DNA of 64,000 bases, taken from contig JAWMAR010000135.1 of NCBI GenBank assembly GCA_036785375.1, forward strand, positions 2,046,001 through 2,110,000, given 5' to 3'. The notes below the pieces were generated by a model. The model was not told where the DNA came from. It saw only the letters and a list, made by a program, of their open reading frames with translations, and did no database searches. Positions 50,794 through 62,118 of the stretch are shown in pieces (the first letter of the stretch is position 1; each line of letters starts with the position of its first letter). The DNA is from Leucoraja ocellata (taxonomy: Eukaryota). The translations under genes and the position numbers were made by a program.

Positions 50794-52424
50794 CTAACAG
50801 TCATATCTATAGTCAATAGTTTCATCCAAGTTTTTGTCGTCATGTGGACTGGCAGCTAGGAAAGTAGGTATTGGCGACCCAGTTGTCACATTGATGACAC
50901 TTGCGCTCGTGCTTGCATTCCGCACCGCATTGCTGATACTGGTTAGACTGATGCCCACTGTAAGCCTGGTCTGCTCCAAGGCCTTCTCTGGCACGGCAAA
51001 AGCCTCCAACTTTTTCTCACCATTGGCCATGTACGAGTTCTGGCATCCACGACAAATGCAGTCCAAACAGGCCTTGCGATTTGAATAACAAGGGCAACGT
51101 TGCCCACGACAAGTAAGAACACTTGGGTTTTGTGTTGCACGTCCACACTTGCACCCCTTCTTCTCTGGGGGTTTTTTGTATGCTATTTTTGATGGGCTAC
51201 CAGGCATTATAGTACTGCTATGAACCTTCTCCTTGGTTTTAGATTTGGTTGTTCCCTGCTTTACTTTTGAGTGCGATTTCTTTGCTCCATGTTCTGCGTG
51301 CTTTTTAACATTTTTACTGGTCGCAAGCAAAGGTTTGCCCACTTTTAGTGTGCCCCCGTTTGGCACAGTGACGACAGTTTCTGTGGACAACTTAGTCTCG
51401 CGTTTGGCAGGAACAGGAGCAGCAGCCCCTAACGGTGGGCCATGTATAATTCTGGAAATAGGTAGGGGCTGAATCTTTTCACTGTCGCTCTCCGATCGAG
51501 ATCGCTTCCGATTCATCCGTACTATTTTGGGTGTTGCTGCTACACAGGGAATACCATGAGGGGGTGCGTTGCTAGAAACAAAAATACTGTTTATAGAAGG
51601 CAAGGAGATAGGTTTGGCATCTAAGAGAGGTCCATTGGGTGTAATTGCCTCAGAAATCGGTTGTGAATAATTGCTACAGGCATCTAGATCATTTGAAACT
51701 GTTTCTAGGTCTTGATATACATGTCCACCAGTAAGTAACAAAGAGCCATTAGGCTTTATGTCTTCACCATAACTGCAAATGTCAACACCCACTACATCAA
51801 CATTACTACAAGAAACTACTTCGCTGACTGCCTGCAAACTGTCAGAAATGTCCCTACTTTTGAAGTCCTCTGCCATGCAGGATGTATTGAGCCTTTCTGA
51901 ATTTTCAGAAGAAAAAATATTTACAGTAAATTCGCCTACAGAAAGTCCGTTGCAACCAGGCAACCCATTGAAACTAGAGCAGGTTAATTCAGTATTACTT
52001 GAAACTTGCTCACAGTCTTGAATATTTTCAATGATTTGTGGTGTAGCCGCCATTTCCAGGTCACTGGTGCATTCCGAGGTCGACGGGGTCGGTGAATTTG
52101 ATAAATTTAAAGCACTTGCCGAAGCAGCAGCCCCTTGTCTCTCTTCATCCAATAAGAGCCCCTCTTGCAGCAGGTTTAAAATGTCAGGCGCGCCATCCAT
52201 TACTGTAGTGAGGTGCTGTGAAATTGGGGATTCAGCTACATATTCACATAGTTTTTTGTAGCAACGCACCAGTATGTTCAGCTGTATATTTTCCTCAAAC
52301 TGTTCATAATCTTTGCACCAACTACAGGAGGGCTTCATCATCATCTTTTTGCCTTTACACAGTTTGCAGACGTAATGCTGGCAAGTGGAGTTTGTAGGTG
52401 CAATTGGATCTTTCAGTAGGTTTC
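50794..52424 (-). CDS. MSL2: MSL2 (male-specific lethal 2 homolog, E3 ubiquitin ligase) coding exon 2: RING C-terminal half, linker, CXC DNA-binding domain
   Basis: Acceptor ttttacag| (AG at 52426-52425); GNLLKDPIAPTNSTCQHYVCKLCKGKKMMMKPSCSWC and KKGCKCGRATQNPSVLTCRGQRCPCYSNRKACLDCICRGCQN; TAG at 50796-50794. Confidence 0.98.
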
Positions 52425-53044
52425 CTGTAAAAGAAAACATTATTATTATTGTGCAAAGTAGTTGATAAAAGTTAGAAAAATTGTTTCCCATCTATTTTCT
52501 GGAAAATCCTTTCAATTTTACTTTAATAAATTACTGATCTAGGAATTCTTTGAGAAGTAATGTACTTCTACGTCATTAAAAATATATTAGTTCCAATATA
52601 GGAAAAGGAGAAAAAAAAAATTAGGATCCAATTACTTCATGTTCATTTCCAAATTAGGGACAAGTGTAAATAAAAATCACACAAATTCAATGACCATAGT
52701 CTATTATTTGTTAGTAAGTAATATGTGGCATTGGTAGAACAGACTAGAGAATATGTTACCCATGTCAGTAGTTTTTGTAATAAAATTCAGTAGATGTCTT
52801 AAATGTGATTTTGCAGCTACAATTATATTGTAAAATGGGATTCCTCCATAACAGGCTGTCAAGCCTTCACAAAGCTTGCCCTATCCAACAACATGCTCAT
52901 TAATATTTCAGTCATATTTCATCCATGATTATGAATTGAGATCTATTATAGTTTGAGATATCACAAACAAGTCATTTTGTACCTGAAATGCTTACACTTC
53001 CACTAGTCTTTGGTGTATAAAGCATTTTACGGCAAATAAAAGAG

Positions 53045-53158
53045 CTACAACCTGAAGTGTTGCCTGCACATTCCCTCCCCAAATGCTACCTGACCCACTG
53101 AGTAGCTCCAGCGCTTTGTGTTTTGCTCAACCTTCCATCATCTGCAGTTTGTGTCTCC
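53045..53158 (+). mobile_element. Old solo PLE terminal repeat
   Basis: ATGCTACCTGACCCACTGAGTAGCTCCAGCGCTTTGTG...CATCTGCAGTT. Confidence 0.65.
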
Positions 53159-54046
53159 ATGTTAACATTTCTTTGTTCACAGTAAAATTATGATCTTGTA
53201 TATTTGAAAAGATATTCCCCAACCACTTCAGTGAAATGAAATGGTAGGTTTGCACTGCAGTATGAGCTTTGTTAATGCACTCACCTTGTGCTGCTGCATA
53301 CTTTTGTGTATATGGCCAGAATAGATGGCAAGGCCACCCCACAAAGTGAACTGCTTTGTGAGTGACAACTAGGCCACAGGCAGTGGAACCCAAGACTATG
53401 TCTAGATTATCCCAATAACCTTTGGTCACCACAAGCTATTAGAAAGTCTTCTTGCTTTTCCCAGAAGTGATCTATATAGAATTCAAATATAAGTTCAACT
53501 AGGAACACAAAGTTAAAAAAAAAAATGTAGACCAGTCACCCTATTCAAATGAATAAGGGTATACTAGATACACCAAGTGCGGCTGGCATGTCGCTTTGGG
53601 GCCTAATACCAAAGGTAACCGGCCCCATGCTCAGCGGGTTATAGGACTCTGCTTGATGAAAAAGTCAGATAGATGCCTTTGACCTCCAGCATATTCTGTA
53701 CACAAGTACTGGCATCTGGAATGAAGCTCTTATTGGATCTTTATTGAGTTACCAGCATGAGCATGATCTGGACCGTTTGATTTCTTTATATATCCTAAAA
53801 AAAACACCAGTGCTTAAAAGGAGATACAAATTTGTTGTTTAGTACTGTGTCTATCATTGCTATTTTCAAAATGGTCAGGACTGCTCTAAATCGTTCACAC
53901 CTCAACATTGCAAAGAACTTGCACAAATTTGAGGTGCAACATAAATACACGGTGACTGCAGCATTACAATAGAATACACATATCAGATTTGAAACAAAAA
54001 TCTTCAAAATGCAATGTTTCTTGAGGGACAGAAATTAACAGACCAT

Positions 54047-54420
54047 GGGATTTTTGTGTGGCAACATCTACATCTATGTTGTGTGGCAACATAGATGAAG
54101 GACCTGGGGATCAGCGGACAAGTCTTACGCCAGGCCATCAAAGAAACATCACGGGTGGCAGAGCGCAGTAGCCAGTGGCTCTGGCTGAAGAGGAAAGACC
54201 CCATTTGGTCTCCCAAACAACCGACTAGACAGATGCAGAGGGGTGGTGGTTCTGGGACACCAGAATGCACCGCTGAGCCTACTGGAGAGGTCGTGGGTTC
54301 AATCAGCGAAACGTCGATGAAAGTAGGTGCCCACTTGATAACCCCAATGACGTGTCTGCCTAGCCTTTCTCAACATCGGAGTAGCATAGGTGAGTGCAGA
54401 AGGCTCCCATCACCATCGGG
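54047..54420 (+). mobile_element. 3' end of an R2-group HERO-like non-LTR retrotransposon (ORF C-terminus + 3' UTR)
   Basis: GF..VATST / KDLGISGQVLRQAIKETSRVAERSSQWLWLKRKDPIWSPK resembles, from recall, the C-terminus downstream of the REL endonuclease of HERO elements. Confidence 0.65.
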
Positions 54421-57400
54421 AGTAATTTGATATTTGGCACTTTGGACTTTTAACATCTTGTCCTGTATTTGTAAACATATCAGTCGCTTGAGTAAACTCA
54501 CTCGAGATTCATTAATCACTGCGTGGTCATAGTACAAGTAAAAAAGTTATCCTTATAATTTAAAAAGAAATTTGGAAGCTGACAAACTGAAACTAATGTA
54601 ACAAATTCTTGTGGCTGGACATAACAGATTAAAAATGAAGAAATTTACAAATGTATTTCTTGTTAAAAATAACAGAACCGTTTGTCATTTGTCTTCTGAA
54701 ATGAATGCGTTTCATTTACATAAATGTCATATTTTCAACCGATGAAAAGCTACGACATAGATGGTATATTTTAAACAGGAAACAGACTTACAACAGTAAC
54801 ATTTTGCACTGCAGTAGTCTTCTAGGGAAGCCTAAAGAGTAGGACAAGTGTTTGTAAACAAATCATTATATGTAACCTATTTTCTTATATATAAAAACCC
54901 ACATACACTAATTTTTTAACCCAACATCACTAACCTCTCAACAATGAGCACCTTCTGAAACCTGGTATACCTCGCTCCATCAGTATAAACCCCATACAAA
55001 AGCAAGTTAAACATGCGCAAAAAAGTCAAAAACTTAACTTGCTCACAACTGAAGATATTCCACTACTGCACTGTGCAAATGCAACCATTGAGTTTCCTCT
55101 CTCTCTCCACTTTTATGAATTATTACTTTAGAGAGCTTTTGATGTCATCCGTTACAATACTGTGGATGTACCGCTCTTATATCAAGTGTATATTTTCCAA
55201 TCTATGGCAAAGAAGCTTATGGGCACCTGTAAAATGTGATCATTACGGGGAACAGCCTGTAAATATTTGCTGGTATTAGAATTAAAAGGCTTGATTATAC
55301 ATTTGATGCTCTGCTCATGAAATTACATCAAGTGCATTAAGGTTTGTTGATTAGTTGTAAACAAAATCTTCAAATGGTATGAAGACCTCAATATAAACTC
55401 ATTTATTTACATGACATTAAATCTATCTACAAAACTCAAATTAAAGTGAACACAAAACTCATTGGGCAAATCAGAAAGATTTGTCAAAGGAGACTATTTG
55501 GCTCTTTATCTCTTTGAAAGATCTATCCAATTGGAATACTAAAAAATGTAATAAACTTGTTTCTTTAAAAAAAAATACATAGCCACAGAATGTAAAGCTG
55601 GATACATGTTCCCTTTTTCCATTTCAGATTTAGTCTAATTGCATACACATTTTTCAGATTATCCTTGCTTCTTTTCCCTAATGCATACTAAATGACCTGA
55701 CTGTTGGCACTCTGCCCAGAGCTCGACACCCAAACAATGAAGCAGACGCACAAACCATAATCAGGCACCAACCAACTAGCCATCATTTACAAAGCAGCTT
55801 ATCCAACATGAGTAAAGGTGGGAATGCTCCCCTAGGTTTATAAAAAAGGGATAGTCCCAAACACAAGTTTATACTTCCTTACCTTAAAAAAGGTACTGCA
55901 TCACAGAGATGTTTATTAACCCAATTTAATACTAAAGAAAAACTAAAGTTTCCCCCCAAAATGAACCACCACGTTTAGCTATGAAGGATAAATCACATTG
56001 GTCTTCTTCCCTTTAGGATACAATCAGCTCATCTCATCCCTCAAATCACAAGTGTGGTTTAGTTCTCCGAGTTCAACGTTGTCTCTTTCCTCGACCTATA
56101 TTGAGCGGCACAGTCATCCTTGCATGCTACCTCATCAAATATCTCATAAATGGGAAAGCCATTCTCCTGCTCCTGTACATTTAAAGTGATGACAAATCCC
56201 GCCAAACTAACTTTAGCTGTCACAAAGTTGGACAGGGGCTTGAAACATTCACAACCTATATGAAACCCACCAAAAATTGATGCTGCTACAAAACCAGCAA
56301 ATTATGGTGAAAAATTGCAATGTATGAAATGTTATATCAGTTACAAACCCTGTGATCAGAGGTAAGGCCAAGTATCTCAATGGATATGCAAGTTCCAGGC
56401 TGGATTCCTGGACATTTATCAATGCTAACTGTAACAATATTACAATAATACTTATTCTCCAAAGACTGGAGTGACATGCCTTCTTTCCAAAGCTAGATAA
56501 ACAATTGAAATACTTGGAAGTATTAATCATAAATGAATACAAATGTTTGTGAAAAGCATTTCAATTTTTTAAGTACACTGCAAATATTCCAGAGAAATGA
56601 CTTAAAATCTTACATACGGAATAGTCTAAACATCTGACCTTAAACAGTATTAAAATATGACTAAATCTTTATCTTTAACTATCAGAGCCATAATACAGGA
56701 CCATCTAAGCAAAAACAATTCAAAACAGCCATAGCTATAAGGCTACCGTTAATACACCAATGATTGCAGCTTATCAATCTGTTCAAAAAAGTATCTAACA
56801 TTCCATACAATGTCGTTCAGGTGCAGTTAATATCTCTTCGGACATATTAAAAGTTTAAAAATCTGAAGTGAACGGTGACCGAAAGTAATTGGAATCGAGT
56901 TGCTCACTGGCTGAACATGCTTCGTTTCCAGGCCGACGCTTCTAAAGAAGCACGTGTGTGTGTGTTTACTTTTGGGCAGAATACGCCAGCGACCGGGTGT
57001 GGTGGTCACCTAATGCGAAAATGCAACTTTCAGCGAACAAGCTCAGGAAACGATAACAAATGCAGTCAATTACGATTATCATTTTATACTGGAACCTGAT
57101 TATGAAGTGCTTCCTCTCACCAACGCAATATGCTGGGATTTTAAACTATCTATATGCAACAATAGTTGGTCAATACAAAAGAGGGAAATTATCTTACTAT
57201 ATTATGTTCATCGCGTTCAGATTTGCTCAATAAATGTAGCTCCACGTTTTAAAAAGCTGAATTGAATGAATTGCAAAGAGACAATAATACACGGCGATGA
57301 AACCACTACTCTCCCCAAACACGTGGTGACTTTTGTTTTCAAACCAGAATGGCAGGGTACAAGCCTACAACCTGATTTCTCGAGATCCCAAATTACATTT

Positions 57401-58360
57401 AATAAAATGGGCGTTCGGTGACAAAAGGACATTCGAATGATGTTATATTTGTGCTTACATGCTTGTAGGAAAATTACACATTTTGATCGATACTATAAAA
57501 AGGACAGACCAGTCGTAGTAATAAATCAGTACCGTCGTTATTTCAGCCGTACTGAAGCTTTCTCATTTAAAAAAACTATTTAATATGGGCAAACTATGGG
57601 TGAAAAACTCCCAACTTTGACACGATATGCCTTTGCTGGGAATTGAGAAAACACATTGCATAATCGGACAATTAATAAATACAACTCACTTGTCGTTTTA
57701 TCAGATCACTGTTGTAAAGTATCAGACCAATGCTGTAATGACCAAAAACAAAATCGCTCAAACAGGACACTTTCATAGAGATAAAAACACATGGTTGGTG
57801 TACCAGTGCAGGCCTCTGTAGCACTGTAAGTTAAATTCTCCCTACCTCGAGAAGGAAAAAACATGTTTACCCCAAACATCAACAGCCACTCTGCTCTAAC
57901 TGTTGCTCTTTAAGATTTCTCAGTCACGTTTACACAAAAAAAGCATGCTGAGTGGAGCTTTTCTCCCATAATACAGCAAACGGTGGCTGCACTGTAAAGG
58001 CAATATATGAGTACGAACGTTGAGGGGGAGGTGGAAACAACGCCACTTGCACTCGACCAAAGTCAAAACAAACACACGCACACATTTACTACTGAACTTG
58101 CACCATCTGCATCGCCAAGATATTAAATAATTGAATTCTGCTGTAGTTAGTGGCAAACAGTGCAGGCATCTGGTGCAATGCACAACCCCTTCCTTGTAGA
58201 GTTCAATAGAGATAGGAGGGGAAATAACAGAGAAAGCACAATGTTCGGAATAGAATTGTACTGATCTGTCTTCACCTCTCTGTTCCTTCAGCGAGAAATA
58301 AAAAGGCCCTTTCCGTTGCGATTTTTTTGCCTATATTTTTTTGCATCGTTGAGCACTCAC

Positions 58361-58502
58361 CGCAGACACAGCAGGAAAGGGACTGGCGCAGGTAAGGCAG
58401 CAGTTTGTAAAGCTCGGGAAACGAGCCGGGATCCTGCGGCTCGCACTGCATGATGTAGCGGCATGTCGAAACGTACAGGCTGGTGGCGTTCACCGGATTC
58501 AT
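58361..58502 (-). CDS. MSL2: MSL2 coding exon 1 (MNPVNATSLYVSTCRYIMQCEPQDPGSFPELYKLLPYLRQSLSCCVCG)
   Basis: gccgccATG Kozak context; 142 nt; gtgagt donor at 58360; joins exon 2 in frame to give 590 aa. Confidence 0.97.
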
Positions 58503-60130
58503 GGCGGCGTCCGAGCAGCGGCCGGGGAGGCCGCTGCGTTGTTGTTGTTGCTGCTGCCGCCGCCTCCGCCGCCGAGCGCCTTTCCGATCGCTTTTACTCC
58601 GATGCCCGGTTACCGCGGCGTCGCCAATGTCCATTTATAACAGAGCTGGGTGTCAGCGGACGATGCCGCTGCCGCGACCTGGTCTCCGGCGGCTCGGCTC
58701 CTCTCCCAGAGCCATCACTACACGGCGGCCGCGGCGGCTGTGGTTGTGAGTTGGAGCCGACTAGCCGCGAACGGCGCCTCCATCCGAGCCGCTCCGTCCC
58801 TCTGGCGATCCGCTGGGCTCGAGCCTCCGGCGCCCGCCTCTCGCCATTCGCGAGGACTCGCCTCCCGCTCGGCCCCCGGTCTCTCTCTCGCCCCCTCCTC
58901 CTCCGAGCGGCGGTGGCGGCCGCTGCCTTCTCTATCCGCGGGAGGGAAAGGATGGGGAGAAGGAAGGAGAGGGAGGGAGGGAGAGAGAAGAGGAGGGGGA
59001 GGGGGGGGTGGGGGAAGGAAGGAAGGAACGAGCGTGCGAACCGAAGGAAAGCTCAGTCCCTCGCAACCCGCCCCGACATGGCCACCATTACCCTCACCCC
59101 GCGGCGGCTCTCCTGCCTTCCTTCCCACCGCGGACTGCCCGCTGACGGTTACAGCCCGCCCCCTGTTTAAACGCTGCCCGGGTTCGGAGGAGGAGCGCGA
59201 GGGGCGACCAGATTTTTGTTTCAAATGGTGGAAACGTTCGGTTTTAAAAAGAGAGGAAAAAAAAACGGAAAGAGCTCGAACGCCGGTCACGTGACTGGAA
59301 GAAAAAAGAAGGTAACGAAGCGCCTTTCCCAATGCCTGATCCGTTTCATCCTTGCGAAAAAAAACACACGTTGATTTTCCCCCGCCCCCCATGACATTAA
59401 TATCCTTTCTTTTTATGAAGACGCATGCAAAATAAATATCATCGATTGAAGTTTTTTTTATTTGCCAACTTTGGCCCTCGTGAAACCCTTGATTTGAAAG
59501 CATTTCTCCTTGTCTGCGTTCGCATTGCTTTTTGCGTGGTGCGTGTCTGAGCAGACGGGCGGGTGACTTCCTTTTTATAGGGGGGGTTGGGTGGCTGCGC
59601 ACCGTCCTTTAGCCAATGACAATAGCGTCGGTGGAGGTCCTTCGTGAACGGGGCTGGGGCTCCCCGCGGGTTCTGCTGGGATTTGTAGTTCTTCACTCGC
59701 CCCATCATGGCGGACGACATCATCGTGCCTGTTTACTTCGAACTACAACTCCCAGCAGTCACACCGCATTCATTTTAGCCGTTTCCATCAAAGATCCTGG
59801 TTTCCATTGCGTCTGCTCGATCCGCCAACCATGTCGACGTGATCGAACCCACCCCCTCCTACATGATTGGTCGAAAGCTGCGCCGGCGTAGCATTTCCCG
59901 AAGCCGATTGGTTACTCCGGCCGTCGATCATCCAGGGTGGACCGCGGGCTGAGCAGCCTGGTTCGCGCAAAGCTCGATCATTATTCGGGATCATGGCGGC
60001 TGGACTGTCAGTGTTGTGTTGTTCCCGCTCGCTCACCCGTGTGCTGCGGGTGAGCAAATACACGTCTCTTTCTGCGACCGTTAGAGTTGCCAAGGAGCCG
60101 AAGCAATGGTACTCAGTCGGCAACTTGACC
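58400..60130. promoter_or_regulatory. CpG island / bidirectional promoter of MSL2 and PCCB
   Basis: High GC and CpG content; GTCACGTGAC at 59286-59295; GC boxes ~59380 and ~59557; CCAAT/ATTGG ~59613, ~59866, ~59906; SBS motifs at 59673-59689 (-) and 59742-59758 (+); YY1-like ATCATGGCGG at 59704. Confidence 0.85.
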
Positions 60131-60211
60131 GTGCAGGAGAGAATCGAGAGGAAGTCTCAAAGGGCGATGCTAGGAGGAGGTCAACACAGGATAGATGCCC
60201 AACACAAGAGG
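59993..60211 (+). CDS. PCCB: Propionyl-CoA carboxylase beta subunit, coding exon 1 (mitochondrial transit peptide ... VQERIERKSQRAMLGGGQHRIDAQHKR)
   Basis: atcATGg start; Arg/Ser-rich presequence; LGGGQxRIDAQHKR matches the end of PCCB exon 1; gtatgt donor at 60212; conserved synteny. Confidence 0.95.
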
Positions 60212-60519
60212 GTATGTTTGAGACATCGTCTGTATTTACAAAACGCCTTTACGGCAACTCTGGCATATGTTTAATTATTACCTTCCTTTTCTAAACGTTC
60301 TGTTTATTTTCGATATGTCCTTGGTCTAGTAGGTACCCCTTCGGTAGGTACCCCTTCTGGTGCCAGACTGGGAGGCATTCATTGATGACATTTGTCACTT
60401 ATGTTATCAGTGTCATTTGCTGGGTAGTGCGACGATCGCTTACATTTTCCTGGGGTGATATTTGGTGGTGCTGCTTAAAGGCATCTTTGTAACAATTATG
60501 TGAGACTTCCAAATAACAA

Positions 60520-60675
60520 AAATAACGCCAGAAATAGTCAGCAAGTCAGGCAGCATCTGTGGAGCACGAAAATATAACGTTTGATGACCGTGACTCCACC
60601 CGAAACGTCACCTACCCTTGTTCTCCGGTGGATGCCGCCTGACCTGCTGAGTTATTCCAGCACTTTGTGTCCTTG
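60520..60675. mobile_element. Fold-back PLE terminal-repeat element
   Basis: TCAGCAAGTCAGGCAGCATC ... CCCGAAACGTCACC ... GATGCCGCCTGACCTGCTGA. Confidence 0.7.
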
Positions 60676-61199
60676 TACGCTTCCTGCCGATCAACCTTCA
60701 TCGGAATTTTGCAACTTCACTTTTAAACACATAATTTAATTTCTCAGCACGTTAATGATGAACACATAATGGTGTATTGCCAGATTTTATTAACGTTCCT
60801 GTGTTTATTCTCATTAGTGTTAAAATATATCTTGAATTTGCGAATTTCGTCAACATTGGGTCATTAGGCGATCGTTACATATTCATTGGAGACTGACAAT
60901 TTATTGGAGACTCATTTTATGTATAAGATCTACATGTTTTAAAAAGTGTAAAACATTGTTTCTTAAGGACGGGCATGAAACCGATGATAACGCGAATGAG
61001 TTCAAATTTCCAGATGGTATTTACAAGGCTCCGGTGTAAAAATAGCATTTTTCTTAGTATTATGCCAGATAACTGGTTTTAGATACTATTTTTTTTGATG
61101 GATGTTTAATGGCCAGTTGTTTGAGGGAAAAAAAAACAAATAACTATTGAGTCTTAACTAGTGAAAAGTAAATGTCAACGTATATGCCTCACTGGAGAA

Positions 61200-61292
61200 A
61201 TGAAGGGTTTCGGCCCGAAACGTCGCCTATTTTCTTCGCTCCATAGATGCTGCTGCACCCGCTGAGTTTATCCAGCAATTTTGTGTACCTTA
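61200..61292 (+). mobile_element. Solo PLE terminal repeat (5' part of hammerhead core lost)
   Basis: GAAGGGTTTCGGCCCGAAACGTCGCCTATT...CACCCGCTGAGTTTATCCAGC. Confidence 0.8.
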
Positions 61293-62118
61293 GCATTTAC
61301 TCATCTTTTTTTCATTATTTTGTGATGTAAAAAACTGATGGGTAATAACTAGAAGTGCACACATTTGTTACCATGCTGTAGAGGAATTTGCTCTTTTTAA
61401 AAAATTATTTTCTCAGTTCTGGATTTCTGTCGGTAACATTATTAGGACAATGGTGAACCCATTCGTAATTTTCAGAATGCTCCCTCCCTACTCTGAAGAT
61501 GGATACTGACCTGAAATGTCGTCCGTCTACTCCCTCCACAGATGTTGTTTGACCTATTGAAATCCGCCAGCACCTTGTTTTTTCCACATGATTCCAGTTC
61601 TGCAGTCTCTCCTGTCATATTCATGAGCTATCACCCATCTTATCATAAATTCAGAAAAACTATGTTCTGGTATCAACAATTTGTATGTCTGAGATAAAGT
61701 AGGTATTAACATTACCGCAATCATTAAATAGAAACAAAATATAGCTCCTTGCTTCCATTGTTTCCATAGCATGGTCTCTAATTCAACACCTGGTTTATTT
61801 TTTGAAATACTGTTTCCTTTAGATTGTTTCTGCAACGGGGAAACATCTACTAATGCTAGAAATCCTCAAATAAAAGCAGAAAACTCTGGAAGTGCTCGGC
61901 ACCTTATGTGAAGAGTGGAACAGTTGATGTTCCAGGTTGCTGACCTTTCGTCTAAAGGTCAGATGTGCTTCTAAAAGGCTATGGATTTGAAACATCAACT
62001 CTTTTACACTCATAACAGATGAGTACTTCCTGCTTTTTATCATTTAAATTGCTTGCTTTGGTTTTGTCAAAATGAATTAGCTTCCTTTTTATTATTGGCT
62101 GCAAATCAATTTTAATGT

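Noticed and set aside
50834-52261. Plus-strand ORFs antisense to MSL2 exon 2
   Set aside because: Shadow ORFs of the coding strand with no independent support
52425-52491. Start of the 565-aa ORF (MGNNFSNFYQ...) as the MSL2 N-terminus
   Set aside because: Intronic read-through upstream of the exon 2 acceptor; the conserved N-terminus MNPVNAT is in exon 1 at 58502
53640-53700. TGATGA box C-like motif suggesting an intronic snoRNA
   Set aside because: No convincing box D or terminal stem, and it is antisense to the host MSL2 transcript
54282-54345. Hammerhead ribozyme in the HERO 3' UTR (CTGGAGA...GAAACGTC)
   Set aside because: Core deviates from CUGANGA and the stems do not close in hammerhead topology; reported instead as an unassigned structured-RNA candidate
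58463-59602. Long overlapping ORFs (235, 214 and 294 aa) over the CpG island
   Set aside because: Low-complexity Arg/Gly/Pro translations expected from stop-poor GC-rich DNA; no recognisable domain
59867-59992. In-frame upstream extension of PCCB
   Set aside because: Begins at a non-ATG codon overlapping CCAAT promoter elements; ATG 59993 has good context and starts the transit peptide
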